Positions 1 to 13,304 of a stretch of 64,000 nt of DNA are shown piece after piece. The stretch is from Octopus vulgaris. Lineage: Eukaryota. The stretch covers positions 57,846,001-57,910,000 of the forward strand of contig OX597830.1 of the NCBI GenBank assembly GCA_951406725.2, in the 5' to 3' direction. Positions within the stretch are counted from its first letter, which is position 1, and every line of letters begins with the position of its first letter. The notes beneath the pieces are model-generated. The model saw nothing but the letters and a program-made list of their open reading frames with translations, was not told where the DNA came from and did no database searches. A program made the translations under genes and the position numbers.

Positions 1-213
1 GCATGGTCAATGCAAGTGCTGCTTGACGGCTCCCATGCCGGTGGCACGTAAAAGCACCCACTACACTCTCAGAGTGGTTGGAAGGGCATCTAGCTGTAGA
101 AACCTTGCCAAATTAGATTGAAGCCTGGTGCAGCCTCCCGGCTTGCCAGTCCTCAGTCAACCCATCCAATCCATACCAGCATGGAAAGCAGACATTAAAC
201 AATGATGATGATG
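1..213 (+). mobile_element. SINE-like repeat family A ((GAT)n tail), partial copy
   Basis: ggaagggcatc...gctgtagaaac...catggaaagcagac...gatgatgatg. The family recurs near 4700, 10473, 10780, 25284, 29960, 30389, 32570, 42722, 50015, 51690, 52216, 57300 and 63005. Confidence 0.8.
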
Positions 214-390
214 TTTCTCCATTCTGTGTTGCATGTGTTGGTTTAGGAGACTGATTCTATAAAAGGACCGAGTTTTACATCCATTCCAAGAGAAATTGAT
301 TACTGGCCATGCTGGAATATATCCAAAACCATAATAGTTTATACCAACTAAAGAATTCTCACATCCTTGTTTTTCTTTGTTTTTTTTCAG

Positions 391-428
391 ATTTATTCAA
401 AGACAAAAGTATTATCAAGGACAAAGAT
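391..428 (+). CDS. spir: Spire coding microexon (38 nt, DLFKDKSIIKDKD), KIND region
   Basis: Long polypyrimidine tract ending ttttcag, and GTAAGT donor. Phase 1 to 0 joins in frame to the exon at 3949. From memory, vertebrate SPIRE1 has a similarly small exon before VIESLG. Confidence 0.75.
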
Positions 429-2400
429 GTAAGTTGTTTTTTTTATATATATTTTTTCATTTACAAAAGTCATATTTCTTGTGGAGTTTTTTTTTTGTGT
501 AGAATTTTTAGCTTTAAATACTGGAAATGTTTTTATCATTCAAAGACAGGACAAACCTTTAAGTTATTTTTGATCTCCTTGTCTCATTTTTGAATTCTAC
601 TCTACAAAGTCTAAAACTTTAACTTGCCATAATTTTTTTCTTTTTTTTTAAATTTGGAAAAAGGCTCAGTTTCGTAAAGGAGTGATGCATTGACTCAGTT
701 TCCCCTGTCTAGTACTGGGTCAAATAAATTATTTCTTGTATTTATTTTTATTGATCTTGGTGAGTTTATATTTAGATGAAACTAAACAGAATAGAGCATT
801 AGTATTCTGTTCCACCATTTCTGTCAAATTGCCACTTGTTACTGTTCTTTAGAAGAGATCTATGGCTATTGCTTTGATTTTTATCTATTTCAGTGGCTTG
901 CAAAATTGTTTAGTTGTGAGTTAATCCTGATTGAATAGCTTTGTTAAAGGCATTCCAGCTATGACCATCCTGTCTTTTTGTAATATCTGGAACTACATTA
1001 TCTGTGGTGCCCTTTCCTTAAGATGTTAGAGTATCATCTGAGAGAATTTAGCTGCTATTTTTAGCAAGTTGAGTTATCAAGTAGAGATTCTCTTGTTAGC
1101 TCAGCTTGTAAAATTCTTGTTGATTCAGATGAACAGATTGATTTGAAATAGTCAATTAGTATTTTGAATTCCAAGATTACTTCTACAAAGATCTGTTTAC
1201 ATTTCTACACACCAAATAGTTTTGCTTTAGTTTGTAATAATGTCAGAACAAAGTGTTTCTACTGAAGTGGACGGCCTGGTTGTCTTCTTTCTAAAAGCAT
1301 TCTTAATGTTTCCTTTATTTGCGTTTCAGTATAACTGTTGGTTTGTCATTAAGTCTGAGAAGTATGCATTGTTATCATTTATTTTTCTATTAGAAAGTAT
1401 TGTTGAATAAAGCTATGATCTCCCTGTTCTCATGGTTCTACTTCATTGAAGTTATGTTCTCTTATCCTATCATTAGAGACAGTTAAAAGACCAGAAAGTC
1501 TTTGCCAATATAATTATACGTTTCTCTTTTAGAGAGAATTTAGTGAAATTTTGTTTTCCTGGAGACAAATTGTACTTTCCAGTGTACAAGTTGTAGAATT
1601 TGTAAGCATGGAGAGTAAACATTCAAACATCGTCAAAATCTTTCCAAATCCTGCTGCATTTCACATGGAATTTTTGGTCTACCAAAATTGTTTTGGCATA
1701 AGTCAACCCCTCTTTTTATTTATTTTTTTGTTTTTTCTGTAAATTTTGGTTTGGAAAATTTGAGTTGTAGGCCAGAGAATATGGTATTAAATCTCTTTAA
1801 GAATTAATGTCTCCAAGGAAACTAATTGCGATGTTTATCTTCTTTCATAAGCATATATTTATCATCATTTAACATTCTTTTTTCCCTGCTGCCATGGGTT
1901 GGATGGTTCAACGTGAACAGATGCACTGGAGGGTTACACTGAGCAGCTTCAATCTCTACTTTGGCATGGTTTCTGCTGTTGGATGCTCTTTTTTATGAGG
2001 GTTGGCAACAGGAAGAGCATCCAACCACTGAAAATGTGTTTCAACAAATTCCATTCAATCCATGCAAGCATGGAAAAGTGGATGCAAAAATGAGAATGAG
2101 GTTGGTGTACATCACATTCTTCAGTTTCAAAGAATTAGTACCCAATACTTCTTGATGAAGATTATAATGAATTTCAACCAATTTCTTTCTGACTTTGAAG
2201 CTTTCCAGTTGTCTTTGCTGCAGTGAAATAATGAGTTCTTTTGTCCCAGCATCACTGGTGCTCATCAGTTGATACACATCAAACTGTTCAAGAAACCTGA
2301 AAATATCTGGGTTATTTGATATCCTGTTATCACAAGAAATATCAAGGTGTAACATATTAACCACTATGTGATAGCTCAGCTTAGCATATTGTTTATATCT

Positions 2401-2608
2401 GAGGAAGGGTGCTGAAAAGTTCCTGGGTAACAGAAAATACAGGAGGATCAGTTAATTATGATTTTCTTCAACATACTCCCTTCTCAGATTCACACATTGC
2501 TGCAGTCCTTCAGTTTTTGTAAGCCCTGTAAAAGAACTGATAAGGTTAGGCCCCCTACCAGGCGTTTTGCGATACCCTTAAAGCCAGGAATCTTTCAGCA
2601 TCCTCTCA
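2401..2608. mobile_element. Tc1/mariner-type MITE
   Basis: Imperfect terminal inverted repeats gagg..gggtgctgaaaagttcctgg / ccaggaatctttcagcatcctctc, TA-rich flanks. Confidence 0.65.
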
Positions 2609-3948
2609 TATATTCCATCATTCAGTAATATGATCCACATAGGAAGTGGGTGGTTTGTATTAAATATTTCTTGCATATCCTCTAAGTTTAAACACAAGAG
2701 TTGACAAAATACATATGTTAATAGAATTATGTGTCTTTTCCTTTAAGCAGATATTTGGTGTGAATTTCTTTAAAAAATCAAATTTAGTCCAAGCACATTT
2801 AAATCCTTGACAGTTGGACCACCTTATCAATATGTATTGTTAGAAAGAATGCATTTGGTTTCCTGAAAACAGTTGATTGAAATACAATCTGTTTAACAGT
2901 TGACAGCAAAATAATATTAGCTTAAATCACCACAGTTAATCAAATATAGCAGATATTAAAATGAGTTCTTATTAAAAAAAAATGAGACAATATAAACTTT
3001 TAAAATGTAAAAACCAATGTGTGTAATGTTTACAGTGTAAAAGCCAGTGTTTTAAGACTAAACATAAATGACGTACACAGTTGCGCATAATATGAAATTG
3101 TAACACCTTTCCATGATTTGTTTGAACTGTGAATGTCTTCATGCAGTAAGAGCACAATTTTTTTCCAGTATTGATTAGATTACTACAGATTTTAAACCAG
3201 CTTTGATTTGGCCATAAACGAATAGTAATGTAAACTACATCAGTTTTCAGACTAAAAATAAACATGCTATATATATCATATACCATTTTAATAGCAAAAA
3301 AATTATTTTAATAAAATGTGATAGTAACATTTCTTCAATCTATTTTCCAAATTTCAAATATTTGCTGTAATTCAATTAATTGTTACTTCTAATAACTTAA
3401 TTTGAATCAATTGTTTTCATTTTTTTTTAAAGTAACTGTTTAAAATCTCAGTTCCAAAGATTTGGCAGCAAACCCAGTTAGATACTCTCCTTGCTCATGT
3501 TTTCAGATTGGATTATTCCAATTTGAAAACAAGACTGGTATGATTGTTTCAACAAGAAATTTACCAAGGTTAACAGTAGCAGCAGTAAAGCCCCTTCCCC
3601 CAACTCCCAAGAAAAACAACAAAACTTCTCAACAATTTATGCAGAGCAGTGCATATCCCTTTACATATATGCATATGCTAATGAGAATTTCTGTACAGTT
3701 GCTTAATGTTCTAGAAACAGAAGTCAAACAAACCACTCTCAAATCTCACCATAGCATTTAAAAAAATAGGCATCTTGGACAATGTCGTGTTAGACGTACC
3801 ATTTGCAGAAAAGCTAGGATGGTTGCAGCTGGAACCTTTTTTCACTATAGATCTATTTGATTAGAGCTGACATTGGATAAACAGCGCTATGATGATCCCT
3901 GATATATATTAACTTTTAAATGTCTCTTTAATATTTATTTCATTTCAG

Positions 3949-4188
3949 ATAATCCAAGTTCTTGGATTGGTAGTTTTCCAAGCTTTAGATCATGGTTTAG
4001 CTGAAACTGAAGAGCACAACTTCAGCACAGAACTGGAGTCCCTCATTGAGTATATGACTACCTCAGATACGGATGTTGAAAGTGATGATTCTCATACAGT
4101 TGATGATGAAGGAATTGTCAGAGATGGAGATGATGATGGTGGAGAGGAGGATTCTTTGTCTTCATGTAACTTTGAGACTGTCTTACAG
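3949..4188 (+). CDS. spir: Spire exon, KIND domain (IIQVLGLVVFQALDHGLAETEEHNFSTELESLIEYMT...DDEGIVRD...ETVLQ)
   Basis: tttcag acceptor, CAG/GTAATG donor, 240 nt, phase 0-0. Aligns by eye with Spire KIND [36 protein letters not shown]. Confidence 0.95.
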
Positions 4189-5015
4189 GTAATGCTCTCT
4201 TCTCAATTTTTCTTTTCTCCTAATTAGCTGACAGTGTTGGTTGTGAGGCTTCTAAGTGGTTGCTTGACTTGCTAGAAATAGCAGCTGAGTCTTCTTCATA
4301 GTACACCATATAAAAGGACACTTTAAATATGGCAGTCCTATTTTCTCTAAGTGTAAAAGACATGATAGTCATAAGTGGAACATACTTCAACATTGTCCCA
4401 CTTGATCAGGAATAGTCTGGAAATATATTGTCCGACAAATTACTGAACAGATTGAGTTGATTTTGTGATAAGACCAGTATGTTGTTGTTTTACTATATCT
4501 AAATAGAATTGTTATCGTGTTTTAAGTATTAACCTCCCCACCAAATCTCCACTTTGCACATGAGGGTAACTACCCAGGACCAGTCTTTACTAAGGAGGTC
4601 TTATAAGGCTAAAACTTCCAGAGTTGTTAATCCTTGTGAAATTAAATTGATATCAATCATTGAGTTGTTGATTCGAGAGATCTTCATCTTACAAGTTACT
4701 TGGCAACCCCACTGGTGTTGGTCCTATGTAAAAAGCACTCAGTACACTTTGTATAATGGTTGGCATTAAGCAGGGAATCCAGCTGTAGAAACCAAAAGAG
4801 ATAATGGTGCCTGGTGCAGCTCTCAGGCTTGCCAACTCTTCTCAAACCATCCAACCCATGCCAGCATGGAAGACAGATGTTAGACGATAATTGAGTTAAT
4901 ATTTTCTTCCTCATTGCATATCTGCTTTTTAATAAGTTGGGCAGCCTTTGACTTTTTCTCTCCAAAAGGGATTTTCAGTCCAATATATACATGCTATTAT
5001 TTCTAGCTTATTCAA

Positions 5016-5228
5016 GGCCGTGAGCTGGCAGGAATGTTAGCATGCCGGGTGAAATGCTTAGCGGTATTTCATCTGTCTTTACGTTCTGAGTTCAAATTCC
5101 ACCGAGGTTGACTTTGCCTTTCATCCTTTCAGGGTCAATAAATTAAGTACCAGTTGTGTACTGGGGTCAATATAATCGACTGGCCTTACCCCAAAAATGT
5201 TGGGTCTTGTGCCTAGAGTAGAAAAGAT
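5016..5228 (+). mobile_element. tRNA-derived SINE family B
   Basis: B-box-like gagttcaaattcc followed by gaggttgactttgcctttcatcctttcagggtcaataaattaagtaccag. Further copies near 9180, 22055, 25740, 33240, 36940, 38495, 48805 and 49080. Confidence 0.8.
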
Positions 5229-6122
5229 TGTTTCTAGCTTATGTACTTTGAGAACTAATTCAAAAAAAGGAATTATATTTTTTCATTTCATTCTACTTGA
5301 TATATTGTATTGATAACTACATTAAGTAGAATGATCCTAATTCGATTGATTCTTTGGCAAAAGAAATTTAATCTTTCAGAACTTTAGTAACAGGAACTGT
5401 TTCTGCATTCTTCTAAATAGAATCTCAAAGATTATATTTGGTAACTGGCAAAAAAAACAACAAAAAAACAAAGAATCAAATTTGTCATTTTGTGATGCAG
5501 CCAAAGGATAGGAAAGTGGTTAAATTGTTTTGCAGTAATTCATGCAGAGTCCTTCAGCCTGCAAGTTCAGATTTCACTGGAGTCAACTCCCCTCCTTTCT
5601 TCTAATATTTTTTTTTCCATTTTCCCAAGCATGATGGACTCAGTTCCAGTATATGGATTGCAGGGGTTCGATCCATTCTCATTCCTTGTCAACTTCATAT
5701 TAAATATTGTAGTCTTATTCCTCTCGTTTATGGATATGTAATCTTGTACTCAAATCAAAAATCTTTTCTGATTTTAGTTTTGTAAACAAAACATGGTTGG
5801 GTTTTTAAATCCCTTCCAGATTTGTACATGCACACAAATATGCACACGTACACACATGCACACACACAAATATACATACATGTACACACATGTACCTGCA
5901 CATGTATGTACACACATGTACCTGCACATGTGCACATGTACATGCATTCTATCTAAAAATTTCTGAGAGTAAAAAGAAGGGGAAACCCCATTCTTCTCTG
6001 AAGTGTGTGGCCAGTCTTAGAGTATTCAATGATTAAAATAGATTTGCTCCCTCAGATTGCCAGAAGCTTTTCCGCTGTAAAGTATTTGCTGTGTCTCTTG
6101 ATTCAGCAGGTACTTTACTCTT

Positions 6123-6308
6123 TAACCGTTTTGCCTTCAGATTATTCTGTCAAATGTATTTAGTCTTATTTATTCACATTGTTTTGAATTAATCACGCCT
6201 TGTCTTGTAACTTTGAGATTTCAATGATGTGAGTGTTTATTTTTACTATGACATTGTAGTGTAGGTGTGAGAAGCCAGATATGGCCAGTTTGGATGCCGA
6301 AGGGTTAA
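6123..6308. mobile_element. piggyBac-like MITE (second family)
   Basis: Bounded by ttaaccgttt ... gaagggttaa (TTAA both sides). A related reverse copy lies near 58790-58960. Confidence 0.55.
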
Positions 6309-8023
6309 GAAAACAAACACTATCATTAATTTGCTACTGTCCAGTTATGCAGGGGAAATATATATTGAATGAAAGTGTGAAAGTGAAATGTGTATTATTA
6401 GTTCTGTAAGCCTTTCATTTCCCTTTTAGATCTCTTCCTCTGTTAGTCCAGGAAGGAAGGAAAAATCATGTCAGTCTTTTAATTACTACCATAGTTGCTA
6501 TGCAACTAAATTTTTTTTTATCTGTTTGTTAGATGGCAAGAACCAATTAATTGGCATCAGGTTTTTACACTGTGCCAGTAACTTCTTATGAAACCAGACT
6601 TGTTCCCATTTTCACCATTTACAACTCCCTTTGTTGCTCTCATTGGTCTTTGATTCCATTGCTTTTCCATTTTTGGTTGTAGAGATTGTTCAGCATTCTT
6701 GGTTTTGACAAACTTCCAAGTGTACTTTCGATTTTCATACTATAGTTTTTATTGTTTTTTTGTAATGAAGAGAGATTGCAAGTGGAGCACCACCACCCTC
6801 CATTATTCTTTACATTGAAGAGAATAGGTTTCTGATCAAACTCTGTTCTATACAGACATTAATGCACAATAATTTATGAGTGTTAGTCAAAGATACAACA
6901 TTCTTTCCCTTTTTATTTATTCCCTTTCACATTTGTTTTGTATATCTGCCAAATATTCCATTGTAAAAGAAAATGTAAATATATATTTTCTAGTTAATTC
7001 TAGTTTATCCATCACTAAAAGAAATAAAAAAATAATCAAAAGATAAACGGGAATGATATAAGTAATAGATTACCTGAAATTACAGGTAATAGATTATATT
7101 TGTGATTGAGGTTAACCGTTTCTCATTTTACAGGGAAGTAAAACATTTACATGGAAACCTCTAGAAATTTAGCATGAAGAATACCATGCAAATTGGTTAT
7201 GGCATGAGTGAGTTGAGAATTAATGATAATTGATCGAATTTGTAATGCTTAGCAATAGTTTCCACCAGTTTAGTCATTGAACGACACCAACAAACCTGTG
7301 GCTTCTTTTTTCTTTTTTTATCTTGTCTTCAGATATTGTCAGCGTTTCCTGTTTTTGATTATTATTTGTTGACCTTTATAAATAAATGTTGAAGTTCAAA
7401 GAATATTGTCCAAAATGACTTGAAAAATTTAGTTAATTGATTAATTTAAAAATAGAAATGGTATTCCAAACTACATATTGAAAATTTAAAACCAAATTCT
7501 AAATCTGTGTTTACCATACAATAATATATATATATGTGTATATATATGTATATACACACATATATACATACACATACATATACATAACGGCCCATTATCA
7601 AATATTTAGTTGGTGGTATTCATTAGCTAGTTAATTCTAAAGCATAATTCTTAGAAGTTGTTATAAAATCTTGTATTTAAAGCGTTTTATTGATTCTTCT
7701 CCATATTTACACTGCTTTATCAATGACATTGTAATCTGATCCTATTTTTCTCAAGTTCTTCATAATGGTTTTGCTCATTAAGAAGAAATCAATAAAATTT
7801 TAAAATAAAACAAAGCAACCAAGTATCAGCTAAGGGGACCAAGTTTTTAAAGGTTACTCCAAAAGTATTTTTATAGTTCTTGATGTTTCAATTATTGAAC
7901 AGTTTTGATAAAAAAAGAACTTTTACTCTTTTCATCAGTTTGAATATTTTTTTTACTTAAATTAAAATTTTCTTTAGTGTAAACGAATAAGTTGTCTTAA
8001 TTTTTTTGTTTTTGTTTTCTTAG

Positions 8024-8149
8024 ATGTGCAAGAATCACCTGTCAAGTAGCTCAGATGCTAGTCTTCATTATCGAGCAGTTTGCCGAGCACTATTTACTGA
8101 AGCTCATGAACTTGTCACTTTTCTTGATAAGGTGTCAACTGGCCAGAAG
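8024..8149 (+). CDS. spir: Spire exon, end of KIND (MCKNHLSSSSDASLHYRAVCRALFTEAHELVTFLDKVSTGQK)
   Basis: ttcttag acceptor, AAG/GTAGGT donor, 126 nt, phase 0-0. Contains the Spire signature HYxAVCRALFxExxELxTFL. Confidence 0.96.
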
Positions 8150-8468
8150 GTAGGTAGCTTTGGAAAAAGATTTTGGTTACCTTTCATTCAGAAATTTCAG
8201 ATTTCATCTCCAAATCTTATTACTCTCACTCTCTCCTAGTTCAAGGATCCCCTGACTTTTTACACCATCGACCCCGTCATGAAATCCTTGACCCTCTCAT
8301 CTCACCCCCACCCCTCTGGCATGTACAAGAAGATAAATAAATAATAATAAAAATTAAGTAGATGTGAATTTATCAAGCCCTTGAATACTCCCATCAACCA
8401 CTTTGGAAACTCCTGCCCCAGTGCTTCCATTTAGATTTTTTGTTTAAATGCATTTTGTACACTTATCA

Positions 8469-8693
8469 TAGTGGTTCTCAACTGGGGTCCATGTGAGCCT
8501 TGGGGGTCCATCTAAGATTGGGGTTAAATTTTATCCACAAATTGGTTATACGTCTACAAAACACAAAATATTTTGATTTCTTTAATACAATTTCTTATAA
8601 TATTTATTATAAAAGTATAATGGTTATGAGGGTCTTTCTGAGTAAAATTCGAATCAAAGGAGTCCATAGGCAAAAAATGGTTGAGAAGCACTA
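8469..8693. mobile_element. hAT/Charlie-like MITE
   Basis: TIRs tagtggttctcaac / gttgagaagcacta. Related partial copy near 26175. No clean TSD seen. Confidence 0.65.
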
Positions 8694-10290
8694 TTTATAG
8701 TTTATATTTCAGTTTCAAAGCTTTATAAAAAATTCTTCAGGTCTCATGAAAGCACTTCACCTTATTGGCAGTTTCTCTACTGACCATGAAAGATATGGAT
8801 ATAGGAATGAAAATTGCATTGACATGGGAAGTATTTTGTGCTGAAGGCTTTGCATTCATTGCTGTTTAATGTCCATTTTTCCATGCTTGCATGGGTCAGA
8901 TGGAATTCATCAATGCAGATTTTCTGACTGGATGCGCTTCCTGTCACCAATCCATACCTGTTTCCCAGCAAAATATTTTTCCATGACCAGAAATGCTTTC
9001 CATGAAAGACTTGGAAATGAATGGCATTGCTTGTATAACAGGGATACTTGTTTACAACCATTACATAATGTCAGGATAAGGGAATACACACACACACACA
9101 TGTATTTATATATATTTTGGTCGGAAAACTTGTATTGTGGAAAATATGGTATATACAACAAGCTTCTTTCAGTTTCTTATTTCTTTATTGCCCACAAGGG
9201 GCTAAACATAGAGGGGACAAACAAGGACAGACAAAGGGATTAAGTTGATTACATCAACCCCAGTGCATAACTGGTACTTATTTAATCAACCTTGTAAGGA
9301 TGAAAGGCAAAGTTGACCTCGGCACAATTTGAACTCAGAGCGTAATGGCAGACGAAATACCACTAAACATTTTGCCCAGCGTGCTAACATTTCTGCCAGC
9401 TCGCCACCCTTCTTTCAGTTTCTGTCTACCACATTCACTCACAAAGCTTATTCGATCTCTTAACCTTGGGCTAGAGTAGAAGACACTTACCTAAGGTGCC
9501 ATGCAATGGGACTGAACCCAAGACCACATGGCTGGGAAGCAAGCTTCTTATCCACACAGCCGTGTTCATGCCTATTGTGTTATGACAAATACTTATCTAA
9601 CAATTGTAAACTGTGAACAAATGCAAGAGATTTTAACAAATGTAAATAAATGCAGAACCAATTGTAGACATTGTCAAACTCCTGGCATTGTGTTACACTG
9701 TTAAACGTCATAATTTATTTAATTTGGTTTGGTCTGCTTTCATCTGGATGTAACTCTCATCTCACAGTGAAAAGTTGGTATTATAAGGATAGATTTGCAG
9801 ATGTCTGTCTGCCTGTTTGCCTGCCTGCCTGTCTGTCTGCCAGTTTTAAGAGAGTGGGGGTACATACTAGGTAAATAACATAAGCTATTCCATTATAGTG
9901 TGTGTGTGGAATGGAATTAATGTTGAAGATGGCTAAGTGTACCAATAGTAGGGGAAAATGTCATTATTAATTGTTAGTTTTACTGATTCCAGTCCATTTT
10001 TGGTTTGGCAAATTAGGTTAGTAACATATTGCTGGTAGCTCTGTTAGGTTCCATTGAGAAATGTGTTTTTGCTTTTCTTTCTCTGGAGAATATGCATCAT
10101 ATTCTTTAAATGAATTCCAACCAAATTTTTAGCATTTCTATTGGTTTGATGGTTTGGAAATAGTACTGAATTGATTTTAGTTAATGGCTTACGTTCATTA
10201 TCTTTTTGTCCAATGCCGCTGCCATTATGGAAATGAATGTGAAAAATGATACACACACACGCACACATTCTGTTTATGTTCTCATTTCAG

Positions 10291-10350
10291 ATTCTACAGA
10301 AGCAGAGGCAGAAAGTTGATGAATTGGAGGCTCTTGAAAGATCAGATTGG
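10291..10350 (+). CDS. spir: Spire exon, KIND-WH2 linker (ILQKQRQKVDELEALERSDW)
   Basis: tttcag acceptor, TGG/GTGAGA donor, 60 nt, phase 0-0. Ends in DW, which joins ARLW as in Spire ADWARFW. Confidence 0.92.
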
Positions 10351-10472
10351 GTGAGACTATATTTCATTCAACTAAACTCTTAGGTTCTCAGCAGTTTTAG
10401 TTTTATTGAACTCTTTAGCATTCAAAATACTAATATAGTTGGTATATTACTGTATTTACATACACACACACG

Positions 10473-11043
10473 TCATCATCATCGTTTATTGACTGCTTCC
10501 CATGCTGGCATGGGTTGGATGATTTGAGAACTGGTAAGCCGGGAGGCTGCACCAGGCTCCAATCTGATCTGGCAAGGTTTCTACAGCTGGATATCCTTCC
10601 TAATGCCAACCACTCTGAGAATGTAGTGGGTGCTTTTTACATGCCATTGGCACGGGTGCCGGTCAGGTGGCACTGGCATTGGCCATGCTCAAATGGTGCT
10701 TTTTACATGCCCCCCCGGCACAATATGTTTGTATATCTCAAAATCAAATCACAATCAAATGGAAATTCTAGTTGTGGTTGATGCCAGTGCCGCCTGACTG
10801 GCTCTCATGCTGATGGCATGTAAAAAGCACCATCTGAACGTGGTTGATACCAGTCCCCCCACCCTGACTGGCTCCTGTGCCTGTAGCACGTAAAAAGCAC
10901 CCACTACACTCTTGGAGTGGTTGACGTTAGTAGAAACATTGTCAGATCAGATTGGAGCCTGGTGCGGCCTCCTGACTTGCCAGTCCCCAGTCAAACCGTC
11001 GTACCCATGCCAGCATGGAAAACGGACGTTAAACATGATCATG
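10473..11043. repeat. Inverted pair of family A SINE copies
   Basis: About 10473-10720 and 10780-11043 are opposite-orientation copies of the same family. Confidence 0.8.
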
Positions 11044-12020
11044 AGATCTCTATATATGTATGTGTGTGTTTAATTTATAATCATTAAAACAATGAAAATA
11101 TTAACTGAAAGAACACTGAATACATTTAAGTATACAATAATTTTACAAGGAAATTTGGCACTAATTGGTTTTATTAGATTGAGTTCTGTAGTGTTAGATA
11201 GCTGTAATATGCTTGGGTCTCCTGTTGGTATCAGAATAATCAGTGCAAGGTAGGTGCAGTTTATGAAGTAGTTTTTGAAGGAAGGAAAATTTGAAGTGAG
11301 AATCGGAGATAAAGTATTGGAGTGAATGGAAACAGAAAAAAGAAGTTATTCTTAAATGAAGTTGGAATGTGTGAGGGGATAAAAAGAGGAAGAAGAAAAT
11401 GTGGTGTGGGTAGGGTTCTAGATAAGGTGTGGTGGAATGCCAAAAACAAAATTCTATAGAAATATTTTGGACAAAGACGGATTCCATGGGTTTGGTTTCT
11501 GATAAGTAGGTTGGAGCTGGCTGAAACCAGTCATGCATGTAACCAGGAAATTAATTATAGGAATTAAAGCAATGTGTGCTCAAGGGTCAAGTTAGAGCAA
11601 ATAGCCACCAATACAAACACACCCAATGTATTCCATTTTAAGTTTTGCTTAATCTTTAATCTTCTTTTTTCTGTTTCAGTCATAAGACTGAGGCCATGCT
11701 GGGGCTCCACTTTGAAGAAATTTTAGTCAAATAAATTGACCCTCACTACTTATTGAAAAAAATTTTTTAAAGCTTGATACTTATTCTATTGGTCTCTTTT
11801 GCTGAACTGTTATGGGGATGTAAACATACCAACACTGGCTCTCAAGTGGTGGTGCGACACATGCACATTTATATACTTTGGGGTTCTTTCAGTTTCAATC
11901 TACCAAATCCATTCACAAGGCATTGGTTGGCCCAAGATGTCACATAGTGGGACTGAGCCCAGAACCATGTGGTTGGGAAGAAAGCTTCTTACCACACAGC
12001 TATGCACCAACAGATTACAC

Positions 12021-12172
12021 CAGGGGTGGACTGAGCCATCAGTCAATCAGGCACTGCCTGAGGGCCTGGAGCTCTGAGGGGCCTGCACTCTATGCCAACT
12101 CTACTAAAATACCCATTCAAAGGGGCTCAGTAAAGTTATGTCTGAGGGCTCTTAATACTCTGTCTGCCCCTG
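12021..12172. mobile_element. hAT-type MITE with 8-bp TSD
   Basis: TIRs caggggtggactgag / ctctgtctgcccctg. Flanks gattacac / gatcacac (7/8 identical). Confidence 0.75.
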
Positions 12173-12692
12173 GATCACACACACACACACACACACACTG
12201 CCAGTATAACTTGGTAGCATGGATCATGCTTTCAGTGAGTGTTTGCAGTGGTGCTTCTGTAGTCCGAAGCAGGCATAGCCACCCTCTCAGCCCTCTTATC
12301 CTTGATCAAGCAGAACTTCAAAGACGTAACAGCCAGAAGGAGAGGGAGCAGCATCAGTACTGGAGTGGTATTGAAATGAAGTGCCTTCTTCAGACACATG
12401 TTGCTTGGTCTAGGAATCGAACTTGTGACCTACTGGTCATGTGTCCAGTACTCTAACCACTTGGCCACATTCTCTCTCTTTCACATATGTATATTGGTTG
12501 TTTGTTTTACAACCATTTTTCCATGCTAGCATGGGTTAGAAGTTTATATTATTGAGGCACTGATTTATGGCCAGATTCCTTTGCCAGTTTGTTTCCTTTG
12601 AAATGTGGAATCCTTTCTTTGAAGGGAGATGGTTTGTTGTGACAGCAACAGAAATTAGCCACTTCATAGAGACAAATGTAAGCGAGTAGATG

Positions 12693-12912
12693 CAGACACA
12701 CATTCACTTGCCCACCCGCACACACGCACACATGCATATATGCACACACTCACACATATGCACACACTCACACATGCACACACTCGCACTCATGCATGCA
12801 CATATGCACTCACACACACATTCACTCATGCACATATGCACACACATGCATTCACACATTCACTTACGCACACACGCACATTCACTCACACTATCACTCA
12901 CTGTAACACACT
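12693..12912. repeat. Degenerate (CA)n microsatellite tract
   Basis: Direct inspection. Explains the His/Thr-rich ORFs at 12690 and 12740. Confidence 0.9.
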
Positions 12913-13142
12913 CTGGAGAACCTGGGAATACACCAACAAATGGGGAATGCAGCAGCATGTCCCCGTCACCCTGTCCCCACCTGACCTTCATAAAGCACAC
13001 ATTTATAAAACTTGTAACATCTACCAAATACATAACAGAATGGTCTCCAAGCAATGCAGCAATAGTTTTGTTTTTTTGATAAAATTTTAATGAATGTAAA
13101 GAATAGTAATATTTCTTCAATTTCTTTTCATTTTTATTTTAG

Positions 13143-13304
13143 GCTCGACTTTGGATTCAGATCATGAAACAGTTGCGACATGGCGTGAAGCTAAAGAAAG
13201 TTGACCACTCTCATCAGTCTTTTGAAGGGGAGTATGAGCTGACCCCTTATGAGATTCTCATGAAGGATATAGTCTTTAAGAGATACAGACTTAATAAGAT
13301 TATG
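13143..13304 (+). CDS. spir: Spire exon, WH2-A and WH2-B (ARLWIQIMKQLRHGVKLKKV...ELTPYEILMKDIVFKRYRLNKIM)
   Basis: ttttag acceptor, ATG/GTATGT donor, 162 nt. Matches Spire [20 protein letters not shown] and YQLTPYEMLMDDIR. Confidence 0.97.

Noticed and set aside
11194-11630. Minus-strand ORFs in purine-rich stretch
   Set aside because: Compositionally biased and possibly a very old LINE 3' remnant, with no motif clear enough to call.
12690-13090. His/Thr-rich ORFs (similar cases at 5755, 16512-16768, 40923-41312 and 56544)
   Set aside because: Translations of (CA)n, (TG)n or (TA)n microsatellites.
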